From contig CAKUDG010000016.1 of assembly GCA_934644965.1 (NCBI GenBank), positions 1,180-65,179 of the forward strand: a DNA stretch of 64,000 nucleotides, given 5' to 3'. Origin of the DNA: an uncultured Victivallales bacterium. GTDB lineage: Bacteria > Verrucomicrobiota > Lentisphaeria > Victivallales > UBA1829. The number at the start of each line of letters is the position of its first letter. Position 1 is the stretch's first letter. Both the position numbers and the translations under genes were made by a program. Positions 45,844-56,195 of the stretch are shown here, piece by piece. Below the pieces are notes generated by a model that worked only from the letters and a program-made list of their open reading frames with translations, had not been told where the DNA came from and did no database searches.

Positions 45844-46791
45844 ATGAATATCAATCCTTTTCCCGACACCGTCCGGAAAATTGCCGTGCTGTCTCCCGCC
45901 GGGATTCCCCCACGCGGGAATCTGGAGGAATCCATGACCCTCATCCGCTCCTGGGGAATCGAAGTGCTGCCGGGACAGGACCTCTTCACCCGCGGGGAGG
46001 AGGAGTACTTCGCTGCCGACCGGGAAGCGCGCGCAGAAGACATGAACCGGATGATCTCGGATCCGGAGGTGGATCTGATTCTCTGCTCAAGAGGAGGATA
46101 CGGATCGGCGCAGATCCTGCCGCTGCTGGACTGGGACACGCTCCGGGAAAGGCGTCTGCCAGTACTGGGATTCAGCGACATCACAGCACTGCATCTGGGG
46201 ATGCTGGCCTCCGGAGCCGGCATCCCCGTTGCCTGCCAGATGGGGGCGAGGCTGCGGGAAAGCTCCGCCGACAGCTTTACCATGAACTCCATGCGCCTGG
46301 CTCTGGGGCAGGCTCTTTTCCTGAGGGAGCGCGGCGGGACTCTTCCCGCCGGCGGAAAAGAGGACGTATCACTGCTCCCTTCTTCCCTGCGCCGGACAAC
46401 TGTCATGACTCCCTGCGTACGGGGAAATGCCGAAGGCTGGATTCTTCCGGCCAATCTCTCGATTCTGGCCTCCCTCTGCGGAACGCCCTGGCTTCCCTCT
46501 TTCCGCAATGCGGTGCTGCTGCTGGAAGACATCGGGGAAAAAACCAGGATCCTCGACAGGCACCTGACCCAGCTCCTGCTTTCGGGAATTCTTTCGGAGG
46601 TCTCCGCTTTGATTTTCGGAGACTACAGAAACTGCGGAACAGGCGAAGAACTCGAACGGATTATCCGGAGGACGGCGTCCCGGATTTCTGTTCCCGTCTA
46701 CAGCGGCGTTCCCTTCGGTCATTCGCTCCCGAGTCTTTCCTTTCTCTGCGGTGCCCGCGTCCGGATAGAGGACGATGTCCTCTGCTTCTGA
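45844..46791 (+). CDS. ldcA: LD-carboxypeptidase (peptidase S66, muramoyltetrapeptide carboxypeptidase)
   Basis: IAVLSPAG, CSRGGYGSAQIL, GFSDITALH (nucleophile Ser), and C-terminal GVPFGHS. Confidence 0.85.
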   Translation: MNINPFPDTVRKIAVLSPAGIPPRGNLEESMTLIRSWGIEVLPGQDLFTRGEEEYFAADREARAEDMNRMISDPEVDLILCSRGGYGSAQILPLLDWDTLRERRLPVLGFSDITALHLGMLASGAGIPVACQMGARLRESSADSFTMNSMRLALGQALFLRERGGTLPAGGKEDVSLLPSSLRRTTVMTPCVRGNAEGWILPANLSILASLCGTPWLPSFRNAVLLLEDIGEKTRILDRHLTQLLLSGILSEVSALIFGDYRNCGTGEELERIIRRTASRISVPVYSGVPFGHSLPSLSFLCGARVRIEDDVLCF

Positions 46792-46817
46792 ACAACTTTT
46801 GTCAGAAAACCATATGC

Positions 46818-46838
46818 AGCGCTCTATTGCGCTTTTTT
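46818..46838 (+). terminator. Weak rho-independent terminator after ldcA
   Basis: AGCGC-tctatt-GCGCT followed by TTTTT. The stem is only 5 bp. Confidence 0.35.
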
Positions 46839-47024
46839 GTGTTCTTTCCCCGCTTTCCCAGATGGGAATGCGGGGAAAGGTGGAGGTGAAGAAGGTAAAA
46901 AGGGAAAGAGAACAAGAGCGGAGATTCCGGATTTTTTTCTTTTGAAGGGAGTTGAAATTCCTGAATTTCATATTCTATTTGCTCCGGAGTCAAAAATCTA
47001 TTCAAAAGGTTCGGATTTCATTTT

Positions 47025-47453
47025 ATGGATACAAAAATATTCGGAGTGGTTGTCAGGGTCCGCAACCTGGAACTTTGCAGAGCGTTTTACAGGGACGTCC
47101 TTGATTTGGGGACGCCTCTGCTGGACAGCAATTTCTGGGTGGAATTCCGTCTGGGCTCGTCGCGTCTCTGCCTGGAAAAAATCGAGTGGGAGGACGAGTC
47201 CGCTCCCAAAGAAGATCAGGGAGGGGAATCTTCTTCTTCCTCCTCCGGCATTTCCTGGATTCTCATGGTGAAGGATCTGGAGGATTTCGCCAACCGGATC
47301 GCCGCCTATGGATATGCCGCGGAATCGAAGGCGTGCGACAGTTTCGGCTTTTCACTGCTCCGCTTCCGGGATCCGGAAGGCAATCCGTTTCTTGTATCCG
47401 CGGAAAGAACACCCAATGCCGGTCGGGAAACCGGGAAAGGAACTGGTTTATGA
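47025..47453 (+). CDS. VOC / glyoxalase-bleomycin resistance family protein
   Basis: FGVVVRVRNLELCRAFYRDVLDLG and the C-terminal FRDPEGNPF pattern. Confidence 0.7.
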   Translation: MDTKIFGVVVRVRNLELCRAFYRDVLDLGTPLLDSNFWVEFRLGSSRLCLEKIEWEDESAPKEDQGGESSSSSSGISWILMVKDLEDFANRIAAYGYAAESKACDSFGFSLLRFRDPEGNPFLVSAERTPNAGRETGKGTGL

Positions 47454-48643
47454 AGACAAGCTTTACTGTTGTTGTCCGGAGAGCACGCATTTCCGTTTTT
47501 GCGGCGTTCTGCCTTATCTTTTCCAGCATGATGATGTTTCCGCTCCTTGCAGCAGCGGGGCAGTCCCGTCAGATTCTGTCCAATGTGCCGGGGGATTCGG
47601 GGTCACTGCTTGTAGTTGACTACGGAAAGCTGAAAGAGTCCCGATTCTTTGAACAGATCCGCGCCTCCATGCCGGAGGAAACGAAGAAGGTGCTGGAACA
47701 GTATGTGGAAAAACTCCAGAATGCAGGGATTTCCGTCAATCCCGGCAGAATCATTCTTTTTGCCGAGGATCTGTTGTCCGATACGACGGGCGGAGGCGTC
47801 CTTCTGGAATCTTCCGTAACCGCCGGACAGATTGAAAAATTCCTGAGGGACAATCATCTTATCGGCGAACCTTCCGCTTCCTTTCAGGTCCTTTCCGTGG
47901 AAGGCAGGAAGACCTTTGTCCTGAATCCGGCTGCATTGAAGAACGGTCTGAATACGGGCGCTGTGCTTCCCCCTGCTTCTCCGGACAGCCTGTCCATCAC
48001 ACCCATGGAGAACGGACAGATCCTTCTGACGGACAAAGCTCATCTTCCCGCGATTCTCCAGTCCCCGAAAGGCAGCCCCGGTAAACTGGGGGAGGCGCTG
48101 GGCATTCTGGATATGGATTCCATGATCTACGGGGTGATTGTTTCAGAAAAGCTGGCGGTCTATGGGAGGAAACTGGATCCCGGAATGGCGGGAGGCGGCA
48201 GCGGCGGGACAGCTTCTTCCAATGGCGCTTCCCTTGCGGGAGGAATCAAAGCACTTTTCTTCTGGGGGAATCTTACGGGGGAGGATCTCTCGGGATTTGA
48301 AGGAAACCTGGTCTTTGTCGCAGGAGACAGCGAAACCGCCGCCCGTTCCGTTGCAATGCTTCAGCAGAGTTTCCTCATTCTCATGATGGCTCTTGGGCAG
48401 GATCCGGAAAGTCAGGAACTCTCCACTCAGCTTTTATCGGCGGTCAGCATTTTCGGGAAAGAAAACCTCATTCAGATCCGGGTGAACTTTCCGGAGGAAC
48501 TCCTGAAAAAGATTGCCCGGCTTGCGGAAAGTGTTCTGCCGCAGAATTTCGTGGGAGATGTCATGGAGCCTCTTTCTGCACCTCTGCCTTCTTCAACTGC
48601 TCCGATCAAAGCGGTGACTCCTGCAGGAGAAGGAGGAAAATAA
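47450..48643 (+). CDS. Hypothetical secreted protein (397 aa)
   Basis: Signal peptide RRARISVFAAFCLIFSSMMMFPLLAAAG. ATGA overlap with the VOC gene stop at 47450-47453 was verified. Confidence 0.65.
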   Translation: MKTSFTVVVRRARISVFAAFCLIFSSMMMFPLLAAAGQSRQILSNVPGDSGSLLVVDYGKLKESRFFEQIRASMPEETKKVLEQYVEKLQNAGISVNPGRIILFAEDLLSDTTGGGVLLESSVTAGQIEKFLRDNHLIGEPSASFQVLSVEGRKTFVLNPAALKNGLNTGAVLPPASPDSLSITPMENGQILLTDKAHLPAILQSPKGSPGKLGEALGILDMDSMIYGVIVSEKLAVYGRKLDPGMAGGGSGGTASSNGASLAGGIKALFFWGNLTGEDLSGFEGNLVFVAGDSETAARSVAMLQQSFLILMMALGQDPESQELSTQLLSAVSIFGKENLIQIRVNFPEELLKKIARLAESVLPQNFVGDVMEPLSAPLPSSTAPIKAVTPAGEGGK

Positions 48644-48915
48644 GTTTCCGCGGCGGGAAAGGAAAGAAGGGAGACACAGGAAAGAAGGAAGGCGGGAAGT
48701 CTTCCGCGCCTTCTTCTTTTCCCCCAGCTTCCCCCAACTTCTCATTTTCCGTTTCCGACGCGAGGAAGGCGGGATGCGGGGAGAGGAAGGGTGACGACAC
48801 CTCTTGATGAAATTACAGAGGCGGAACTTCTTCCTTTCTTTCTTTTATGCCGCCTTCCGATGAAGGAAGAACCCCGGCGTCGTATGATTTCAGTTCATCC
48901 ACATGCTGTTCCGGT

Positions 48916-51156
48916 TCATTCACGTTCCGGCAGCAGTTTCCAGATCCGGGACTCCCGCGCCTTCAAGACGAGATCTCCGGCTTTTCTGCCGTTGACAAAG
49001 ACCGTCGTGGAGTGCTTGCGATCCAGCTCGTTTTCGATGCGGATCTCGCCCTTTTGCCAGTCGGCGGAAAGAATTCTGACGCAGTCCAGCCCGAAGGCAT
49101 GGCGGAGATGCGTGTTGACGGCGACTCCCCCGAATTCCCGCAGGATGCGCCCCAGATACAAATAGAGATCGATGAAGAGGGAATAACTGTTTTCGGCGTG
49201 ACTGTGTTTGTAAAGACCGGATTCATCGTCCATCTGGGGATTGTTTTCAAAGATGCTGTACAGGATTTCGTTGCGGTGGGGGTTGCCTTCGAGACTTTTT
49301 TCATCGCGGAACACCATGGTCTGTCGGAAGGCGGCGATTCCGCGTTCGGCATACACGGCTTTGCCAGTGGCCCTGTAAAGACGCATCAGCAGATAGCCCA
49401 CCCAGGCGACGGATTGATTTCCCGTTGCCGTGCACTGGGTCCGGGCGTAGTCCGGCCAGGGATAGTAGCTTGTGGCCATCATTCCCCGCGATTTCCAGTG
49501 AACGGAATCATAAAAGGATCCGGGAAGATTCGGCACGTTGTAGCCCATCTGCATGATGTTCCCGAACAGCTGGACCTTTTCCGCCGCTTCCAGCCAGCGG
49601 GAATCTTTCTCCTGATCATAAAGATCCAGAAATGCCCGGAGCATAGTTCGGTAGCCGTCCACGTCCCAGAAGTCCGGGTAGTCGGTTTCACATCCGCCCA
49701 TGGAAAAGAGGCCCTGCTCCTCCAGATCCAGGAGACAGCGCCCGGCGGTTTTGAGATAGGCGTTGCGCAGACGTTCATCCCCGGTGGCCTGATACAGTCT
49801 GATCAGCGCCGGGATCCATGCCTGCGTTTCGGAATACTGGCTGATCCAGCCGGGCTTTTCCTTCGGGCTCAGATCGGAATGATACAGGCGCCGGAAATGA
49901 CCGTCCGGCTGCTGGAGCTTCAGGACGTCTTCCAGAATGTCGAACGGATAAGGAGTTTTGAACAGGGTTGCGTCCTGAAAATAGAGATCCATGGCGTCGC
50001 AGATCATTTCCGGGAGCGCCAGACTGTCCAGCGCATCGGGTTCAAAGGGAGCGCCCCAGCCCGTTTTCTCGCAGAAGGGGATGATGTCTTTCATGAAGCT
50101 TCCCGTATGGAAGGGATAGGTCAGTCTGGAACTGCCGGCGAAATGATGGTACAGATAGAAATGAATCAGTCTTTCCGCACGGTCGCGGTCTTCTTGGTTT
50201 CCTGTCAGCCGATGGCGCCGGTAGAATTCCCCCGCCTTCAGGAGGTCGTATTCCAGCCAGGAACAGCCGAACTGGTCTTCGGGACGGAATCCGGTGTTGA
50301 ACTGTCCGAAAAAGTCGGAGAAGTAATGCGCGGCGTAATGATCGGCCTCCTTCTCGCCCCGGAGTTCCGAACGTTTCCAGATCGTGGTGACTTTGGTCGA
50401 AAAATCCTCCATATCGGTCTGCGGCGTGTGAACCGGTGAGGGATCAAGACGCCAGAGCACATTCGAGAGATGTCCCGCATGTTCCTCTCCCCCTTTGCCG
50501 AAAAACCAGAAGAAACGCAGATCAAGCGGTCCGTCCACTGCCTCGCGCAGGCGGAACACATGCGCCAGATCCGTATCCTCCCGTTCCGTTTCGGAAATCC
50601 GGTCGAGATCCGTTTCAAAGTACGCCTCCCCGAAATAGAGATGTCCGGAGCAGGTGAAGAAAATCCGGTTGTTTGCCGCCCTCGCCAGATAATCGCTCCA
50701 GTCCTTCTGAAACGGATAGGCGCCCTGATTCATTTTGCGCGAAATCCATTTGTAGGAGACGTAGGTGAAGTCTGCAACAGGGCCTTCGTTGAAATAGCGG
50801 GTGCGGAACTGTGCATCGCCGCCGTGACGGTAATGAATGTCGCGGACGAAATAGAGTTCGTTTTCCTCCGCGTCAAAGGCCGGATGAATCCTTTCCCCGC
50901 CCGAATCCCGGACGATCTGAATCCCCCCGCCGCTCCTGTGGACGGCGGAAACATTCCCGAGATCCGCTTCCGCCTTCCTGCGCCATAAACCGCGTTCCAG
51001 AACATACCCCTGAAGACGATTCCCCGTGACGATGAGCGCTTTCTCCCCTTCGACAATCCCCGCCTGATATTCAGGCAGCTCCTCCAGACGAAGGGTTCTT
51101 GCCTCCCTGGCATAGTTCAGAATCTTTTCCTGGCGCGCTGCAATCTGTTCATTCAT
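48916..51156 (-). CDS. Large cytoplasmic protein, probably an alpha/alpha-barrel (six-hairpin) glycoside hydrolase-like enzyme
   Basis: 746 aa with protein-like composition and no signal peptide. The C-terminal half has repeated aromatic/helical hairpin-like segments (QAWIPALIRLYQATGDERLRNAYLKTA; WVGYLLMRLYRATGKAVYAERG). The fold call is inference. Confidence 0.6.
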   Translation of the reverse strand: MNEQIAARQEKILNYAREARTLRLEELPEYQAGIVEGEKALIVTGNRLQGYVLERGLWRRKAEADLGNVSAVHRSGGGIQIVRDSGGERIHPAFDAEENELYFVRDIHYRHGGDAQFRTRYFNEGPVADFTYVSYKWISRKMNQGAYPFQKDWSDYLARAANNRIFFTCSGHLYFGEAYFETDLDRISETEREDTDLAHVFRLREAVDGPLDLRFFWFFGKGGEEHAGHLSNVLWRLDPSPVHTPQTDMEDFSTKVTTIWKRSELRGEKEADHYAAHYFSDFFGQFNTGFRPEDQFGCSWLEYDLLKAGEFYRRHRLTGNQEDRDRAERLIHFYLYHHFAGSSRLTYPFHTGSFMKDIIPFCEKTGWGAPFEPDALDSLALPEMICDAMDLYFQDATLFKTPYPFDILEDVLKLQQPDGHFRRLYHSDLSPKEKPGWISQYSETQAWIPALIRLYQATGDERLRNAYLKTAGRCLLDLEEQGLFSMGGCETDYPDFWDVDGYRTMLRAFLDLYDQEKDSRWLEAAEKVQLFGNIMQMGYNVPNLPGSFYDSVHWKSRGMMATSYYPWPDYARTQCTATGNQSVAWVGYLLMRLYRATGKAVYAERGIAAFRQTMVFRDEKSLEGNPHRNEILYSIFENNPQMDDESGLYKHSHAENSYSLFIDLYLYLGRILREFGGVAVNTHLRHAFGLDCVRILSADWQKGEIRIENELDRKHSTTVFVNGRKAGDLVLKARESRIWKLLPERE

Positions 51157-51298
51157 GATTTCCCTCCCGGGTGCATTTCTCAGAGAGATGTCTTTCTCGG
51201 GTTTCCGCCGCCATCCTGTTTCCTCCTTTCTTCTCCTCCGCAGGGGGTCCGAGGGGAAAAAAGGAGGGAGCGGGGAGGTGGAGAATTCCTTTGCGGGC

Positions 51299-53737
51299 TC
51301 AGCGGAAAGTCAGTGTCCCGAACTGCGTATAATTGTGATTGTTCCCGATCGACATGGTCGATCCATGATACTGGTTCGGCAGAGAAGTGATCCGGCTTCG
51401 GACAAAATTGCCGTGCCAGACATCGCCCGCGGAAGGAGGATCCACCTTCAGCGATTCGTACGGGATGAACATTTCAAGACTCCAGAAATCCTTCCCGACA
51501 AAAACCGCGGACTGGAAATCCGCCACCTGTTTCATGTACGGAGTCCCGATGGGCGCCACCGTCCGGCTGCCGAACCACTGTTCGTTTCTGGTGTCGACGG
51601 CATACTGGTGATAGCGCGTGATTTCTTTTCCCGGGGCAAGGAAGACTTCCACCGTGTCATTTTCCCAGATGTCGCCTTCGGTCTTGATCACAGGGGCGTA
51701 TCCCATCCGGAAGGCCAGGTAGAGACCTTTCTTTCCGTAGAGCATCTTCATGCTCAGACGGGGATCCTCCTCAATCGGATAGCCGTTCGGGTGAAAGACC
51801 GGCATGTCCGGCGTGGAGGACCAGACCTTTTTCGAAAGTTTTCCGTCGATAGTCATTTCCCCGTCCCCGACCTTTGCGACGGGGTAGTCCGGGCGTTGGA
51901 AGCGGATTCGTGCCATCTGTCCGTAAATGGCCTTGTTCCAGGGTTCGGCCAGCACCCGGAAACGTTTCATTTCCACGGAATCCGGAGCAAGTTTCTTTTC
52001 CGCCTCATGGAGGAGTTTCTGTATTTTCTCCAGCGATTCGAGCGGATAGAGAGCATCCCGGTTCTCAGTGGCGACCACATATTGTTCAAAACAGCGGATC
52101 AGTTCGTCATGGAACTCCTTCAGGAGCGGTCCGGCCTCGGGGCCGTAAAAGAGGTTCCAGTGTTCGTCGATGGCCGCCTTTGCGTTGAAGTTTGGATTCC
52201 ACAATCCGCGGTACATGGTGTATGCGGAAAAATAATAGCACCATTCAAAATGTCCGTAGAAATCATAGAAGACTTCCGTCCGCCCGAATCCGAGCGAGCG
52301 GATGGCTTCGGCCGTGTATTCCGGGGCCACGGCGCGTGCGAAGACGTTGTTCGGAATTCCGTAAAACCAGGCGCTGCCCACGGGATGGCCCAGGACTTCC
52401 TCCCAGGCCTGGATCCGTTTCTGCCAGCCTTCACGGACTTTGGGGTTGCGGATCATGCCGGGGATGTCTCCGGTGCAGATCTGGAGTTCCACGTTGTCCG
52501 GCCAGTTGCGGTAGCGTTCGAGAGTCGGGGGGGTGGAGTAGGAGGCATAGGCCATCAGGCTCAGACGCGTTCCGGGAAGTTTTTCCTTCAGCTTCTGCGC
52601 AAGATGCTTGTGAAATCTTGCATAGAGATTGGGATAACTGCTTCCGACTTCTTTGAATACGCTGTGGTCGCGCAGATCCGTGATCGGGATTTCGGCATCG
52701 CACTGGCCGAAGGTGACAAAATCCGCATTCGTCTCCCGGGTCTGACGGTTTCCCCAGAGCTTGCTCTTCCCGTTCTGGAGGAGCTGAACCCATTCTTCCA
52801 CAATGGCGTCGGCAAGTTCCAGATTGGTGATGTCCATGAGCGGGATTCCGTTTCCTCCGACTTCGGCGGGAGCGTAGAGCGTCCCGTTCGGAGCCTTGTA
52901 GAAGAATTCCCGGACTTTGTCCGGAAAGGCCTTGATGAGCATGGGAGCATGCGGGTTGTGGACGGCGCGGTAGCGCAGGGCTGTGCCGGTCCGGAAGACT
53001 TCGTGCATGCGGTTTGGTTCGGGGATCGCCTTTCCGATCTCTTCGGGGAGTCCGGCGATGGGTTTCTGGTAGTCCTTGCCGAAATACTTTTCCCAGCGCA
53101 CCTTGTTGTCGTATCCGAACGCCGTGGCAATGAACCAGCCCTGTTCGCGGTTGATGACATAGGGTTCGTCCCTGTAACGGGCGGGCGAGATGCTCAGGTC
53201 CCGGCAGGCGGGCCAGACGGAACCGATTTCAGTCGGCATGAAGAAGCGGCAGCCCAGATAGCGTTCGATAAAGTCGTAGACTCCGAAGACGGTCCCCGTG
53301 CTTTTTCCCGCAATGACCACTCCTCCGGGGAAGGTTTTCAGTTCAAACCCCTGTACCGGGATCTGTTTCATGTTGATCCCCTCAGTGCGGGCGTATTCGG
53401 AATCGCCCAGAAAAATCATCTTCTTTTCCCTGTTTGAGGCGACTTCCTCCGCTGTGCTCAGAAGGGCGGGGATCTTTCCCGTACAGCGCCAGAAGGCTTC
53501 GCGCAGGACTTCCGCCGCCCTGCGGTAACGGGGGGCTTCCGGAGCTTTCGGATCAAAATACACCGCAAATTGCAGTTCTCCGTCCTTCACGAGAGTGAGC
53601 GGGGGATGAGGATCCGCTTCCAGAACCCGGACCGGATTCAGAGCCGGATTCTTCAGCGGGGTGACAGCCCCTTCCGAAGCATGGAGAACAAAAACGGAGA
53701 GGAGCAGAAGACAAAAGACCGTCAGAGTAGATTTCAT
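51299..53737 (-). CDS. DUF4838 domain protein with C-terminal CBM9-like carbohydrate-binding module, secreted
   Basis: Signal peptide MKSTLTVFCLLLLSVFVLHA. The core is paralogous to 56525-58626. The C-terminus has the CBM9/DOMON-like pattern (IDGKLSKKVWSS...DTVEVFLAP...YHQYAVD...WSLEMFIPYESL...GDVWHGNFVR). Confidence 0.8.
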   Translation of the reverse strand: MKSTLTVFCLLLLSVFVLHASEGAVTPLKNPALNPVRVLEADPHPPLTLVKDGELQFAVYFDPKAPEAPRYRRAAEVLREAFWRCTGKIPALLSTAEEVASNREKKMIFLGDSEYARTEGINMKQIPVQGFELKTFPGGVVIAGKSTGTVFGVYDFIERYLGCRFFMPTEIGSVWPACRDLSISPARYRDEPYVINREQGWFIATAFGYDNKVRWEKYFGKDYQKPIAGLPEEIGKAIPEPNRMHEVFRTGTALRYRAVHNPHAPMLIKAFPDKVREFFYKAPNGTLYAPAEVGGNGIPLMDITNLELADAIVEEWVQLLQNGKSKLWGNRQTRETNADFVTFGQCDAEIPITDLRDHSVFKEVGSSYPNLYARFHKHLAQKLKEKLPGTRLSLMAYASYSTPPTLERYRNWPDNVELQICTGDIPGMIRNPKVREGWQKRIQAWEEVLGHPVGSAWFYGIPNNVFARAVAPEYTAEAIRSLGFGRTEVFYDFYGHFEWCYYFSAYTMYRGLWNPNFNAKAAIDEHWNLFYGPEAGPLLKEFHDELIRCFEQYVVATENRDALYPLESLEKIQKLLHEAEKKLAPDSVEMKRFRVLAEPWNKAIYGQMARIRFQRPDYPVAKVGDGEMTIDGKLSKKVWSSTPDMPVFHPNGYPIEEDPRLSMKMLYGKKGLYLAFRMGYAPVIKTEGDIWENDTVEVFLAPGKEITRYHQYAVDTRNEQWFGSRTVAPIGTPYMKQVADFQSAVFVGKDFWSLEMFIPYESLKVDPPSAGDVWHGNFVRSRITSLPNQYHGSTMSIGNNHNYTQFGTLTFR

Positions 53738-53762
53738 AAACATTTGCATCCTTTTCTGGATC

Positions 53763-54596
53763 TTAGAGTTCAATGACAAGGCCGTCGTATGCGGCCTCGA
53801 TTCCGAAGGGCTTGAAAAAGGCGTTGAACTCAGCCTGAGTCCCGCCTCCGTTGTGGGAAAAATGGGTTGCCAGACAGCGGCTTCCCGGATTCAGGCAGCC
53901 CATGCCCCGCAGTTTTTCCCATGTCTCTGCGACGGCCTTTGCGCCCATGTGCCCGGAACGTGCGTCGGGATAGACCAGTCCGCAGGTGCAGTCCAGAATC
54001 GCAAGATCGATGGACTTCCCTTCCAGCGCCCGCCATGTCTGTTCCGGGAACCATCCGCTGTCGTTTCCGATCAGGACGCTTTTCCCATTCCGGGAAAGCA
54101 GGTACAGGAGCGCCTGTCTGCCTGCCGCGTGCTGCGCGTCCAGTGCGAAGATCTCCAGCTTGTTTTCCGTTTCACAGCGCCGATTGTGTCCCATCGGGTG
54201 CGGGATCAGCTTCAAATCCTCTTCCAGGCTCAGAAGTGCGGAATCCCTTGCGCAGAAGGAAAGAATCTCCGCAAAGGACGGCGGCGCACCGTACAGGGAG
54301 ACCGGATGCGGGACTTTGCTGAACCATTCCTTTCTCCAGAGGAATTCAAGAGGGCTCAGATGATCTCCGTGGGGATGAGTCAGAATCACCTGGCGGATGC
54401 GGGAAAGGTCAATTCCGAATTCGGTGATCTGCCAGTGGATGTCAGGGCCGAAATCCACCAGGGTGTCATCGTCGATGAGATAGGCGGCGGTCCGGCGGAT
54501 TTCCCTGTTTTTCCGTGCGGTTCTGCAATATGCGCATTCGCACCAGATGGCGGGATAACGTTCCGCTGCGGCTGTGCCGAGCACTTGAATTTTCAT
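53763..54596 (-). CDS. MBL-fold metallo-hydrolase (PhnP/RNase Z-like subgroup)
   Basis: ILTHPHGDHL (HxHxDH) and an N-terminal CxxC (CECAYC). The start MKIQVLG at 54596 was verified. Confidence 0.8.
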   Translation of the reverse strand: MKIQVLGTAAAERYPAIWCECAYCRTARKNREIRRTAAYLIDDDTLVDFGPDIHWQITEFGIDLSRIRQVILTHPHGDHLSPLEFLWRKEWFSKVPHPVSLYGAPPSFAEILSFCARDSALLSLEEDLKLIPHPMGHNRRCETENKLEIFALDAQHAAGRQALLYLLSRNGKSVLIGNDSGWFPEQTWRALEGKSIDLAILDCTCGLVYPDARSGHMGAKAVAETWEKLRGMGCLNPGSRCLATHFSHNGGGTQAEFNAFFKPFGIEAAYDGLVIEL

Positions 54597-54642
54597 CTTG
54601 CTCCTTTCGCTCGTTTCATGATCCCGGATCCGTTTTCTTCTC

Positions 54643-55410
54643 TCAGAAGCCGGGGTATTGTTCCGTGATGACGCGTCCGCCCTGAATGGAGGGATTGGGG
54701 CAGCCCCAGACAAACCATGTCCAGTAATTCCAGGTGTTGAAATTGGGGTCATAGGCGGAAGTCGGCAGAGTCGGCAGAGGACGCAGCTCCGCATGCCCGT
54801 CCATAAAGAAGATGTTGCAGCTGAAATCATGACGGAAGGCCGGAGCAGGACAGTATTCCGACAGCAGCGTTTCCCCCTTCCCGAAAATCACATTGCTGTT
54901 TGAAAAAAAATTGACGGAATTGATTTCATCCCCCTTGTGCTCCGCCAGAAGAAACGTGTTTCCCGGCCGGGAAAAGGCGTGCCGTTTTTTGACATATTTC
55001 TGTTTCTGCCACGGCTGGTCGTACATATTTTCCCCCGTGCAGATGCCGACCTGATTGTATCCGTATCCCAGGCGCGGATCCCGGAATTTCTTCATGCTCG
55101 GGCAGAGCCTGATTTTTTCGAGTTTCACGTCCCGCAGGAAATATATCATCCAGAAAATGGTATTGTCGATGCCGTTTGTCGAGTATCCGTAATGCGGGAA
55201 ACAGTCGTCATAGCCGTTGGCGTACATGTGGAATTCCAGACCGATGTTCCGGATCTGGTTTTTGCAGGAGAGTGCGATCGCGGTCGCGCGGGCCTTGCCC
55301 AGGGCGGGAAACAGAAGAGAGGCGAGAATCGCGATTATGACGATCACAACCAGAAGCTCGATCAGCGTGAACAGGCTGTGCCTTGAGTCGATCATTCTTT
55401 TCATTTTCAT
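54643..55410 (-). CDS. Prepilin-leader / H-X9-DG (DUF1559-type) pilin-like protein
   Basis: [26 protein letters not shown]; [13 protein letters not shown]. Confidence 0.85.
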   Translation of the reverse strand: MKMKRMIDSRHSLFTLIELLVVIVIIAILASLLFPALGKARATAIALSCKNQIRNIGLEFHMYANGYDDCFPHYGYSTNGIDNTIFWMIYFLRDVKLEKIRLCPSMKKFRDPRLGYGYNQVGICTGENMYDQPWQKQKYVKKRHAFSRPGNTFLLAEHKGDEINSVNFFSNSNVIFGKGETLLSEYCPAPAFRHDFSCNIFFMDGHAELRPLPTLPTSAYDPNFNTWNYWTWFVWGCPNPSIQGGRVITEQYPGF

Positions 55411-56195
55411 GGTTTTCTCTGATATTTTTTTATGAGGTAAGGCAAGGTCTCTGTTACAATCCGTTCCAGGTGGGGCAATGGCTTTGTTGCCGCCGAGGAA
55501 ATAGGTGCGGGTTACGGCCTCCACATCCTGGCCGACTTGTCTGTCCGGCAGTTTGAAAGCGGGAATCAGTTCGCAATGTCCGTCCCCAAATGCAAAATTG
55601 GCGGAGAAATTGTTGTGACGGTATCCGACGCTGTTGCTGAGCGGCCTGTTTGCCAGCAAATCTTCCGTCCGAATCAGATGGCAGACATTCTGCGAGTTCC
55701 TTAAAACGTATTCATTCAGATGACCCCAGTTTTCAGCACAGATCGTTATCTGCTGCGGTTTTTCAGGACGGAAATCCTGGAATAGACTTTCGGTTTGTCG
55801 GTTTTTGCCATGCCCTGATGGTTCAACGTATAGGAATGGTTGGCCCAGGAAAAGAGCTTCAGCGGATGGTCCGGACACTGGAGTAGTTTGATCTCCTTCC
55901 GGCAGTAACGCGTATAACTGGCATAAGCTCCCGGTATCCCGGGAAGACTGACAAAAAACTCCCATGGGGAAAGCGCTTTGAATAGTCCGTTGTCATCTAT
56001 GGCAAGCGGGAAACTGTCGTCAAAGTCATTGGCATACTGGAGAGTGAACAGCGCAAGCGTTTTCACATTGTTCATGCAGTGAATGCCGCGGCTTGCACCC
56101 GCCGCCTTGGAGAGCGAAGGAAACAGAAGGGAGGCGAGAATCGCGATTATGGCAATCACAACCAGCAGTTCGATCAGCGTGAATTTCCTTCGCAT
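55411..56195 (-). pseudogene. DUF1559-type pilin-like gene disrupted by a frameshift and lacking its own stop in the C-terminal frame
   Basis: The N-terminal part ([28 protein letters not shown]...) is in ORF 55746..56258. The H-x9-DG part ([14 protein letters not shown]) is in the frame of ORF 54643..55965. The switch lies near 55770-55810 (A5 runs). That frame reads without a stop into the next gene's ATG at 55410. Confidence 0.7.

Noticed and set aside
51155-53437. 760-aa ORF on the plus strand (likewise 48847..50439, 19712..21322, 24950..26590, 5788..7707, 4114..5301, 836..1900, 10302..11510, 56945..57940)
   Set aside because: All are antisense to genes with recognisable family motifs or paralogy. 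They have no motifs of their own. Pervasive long antisense ORFs appear to be a compositional property of this genome.
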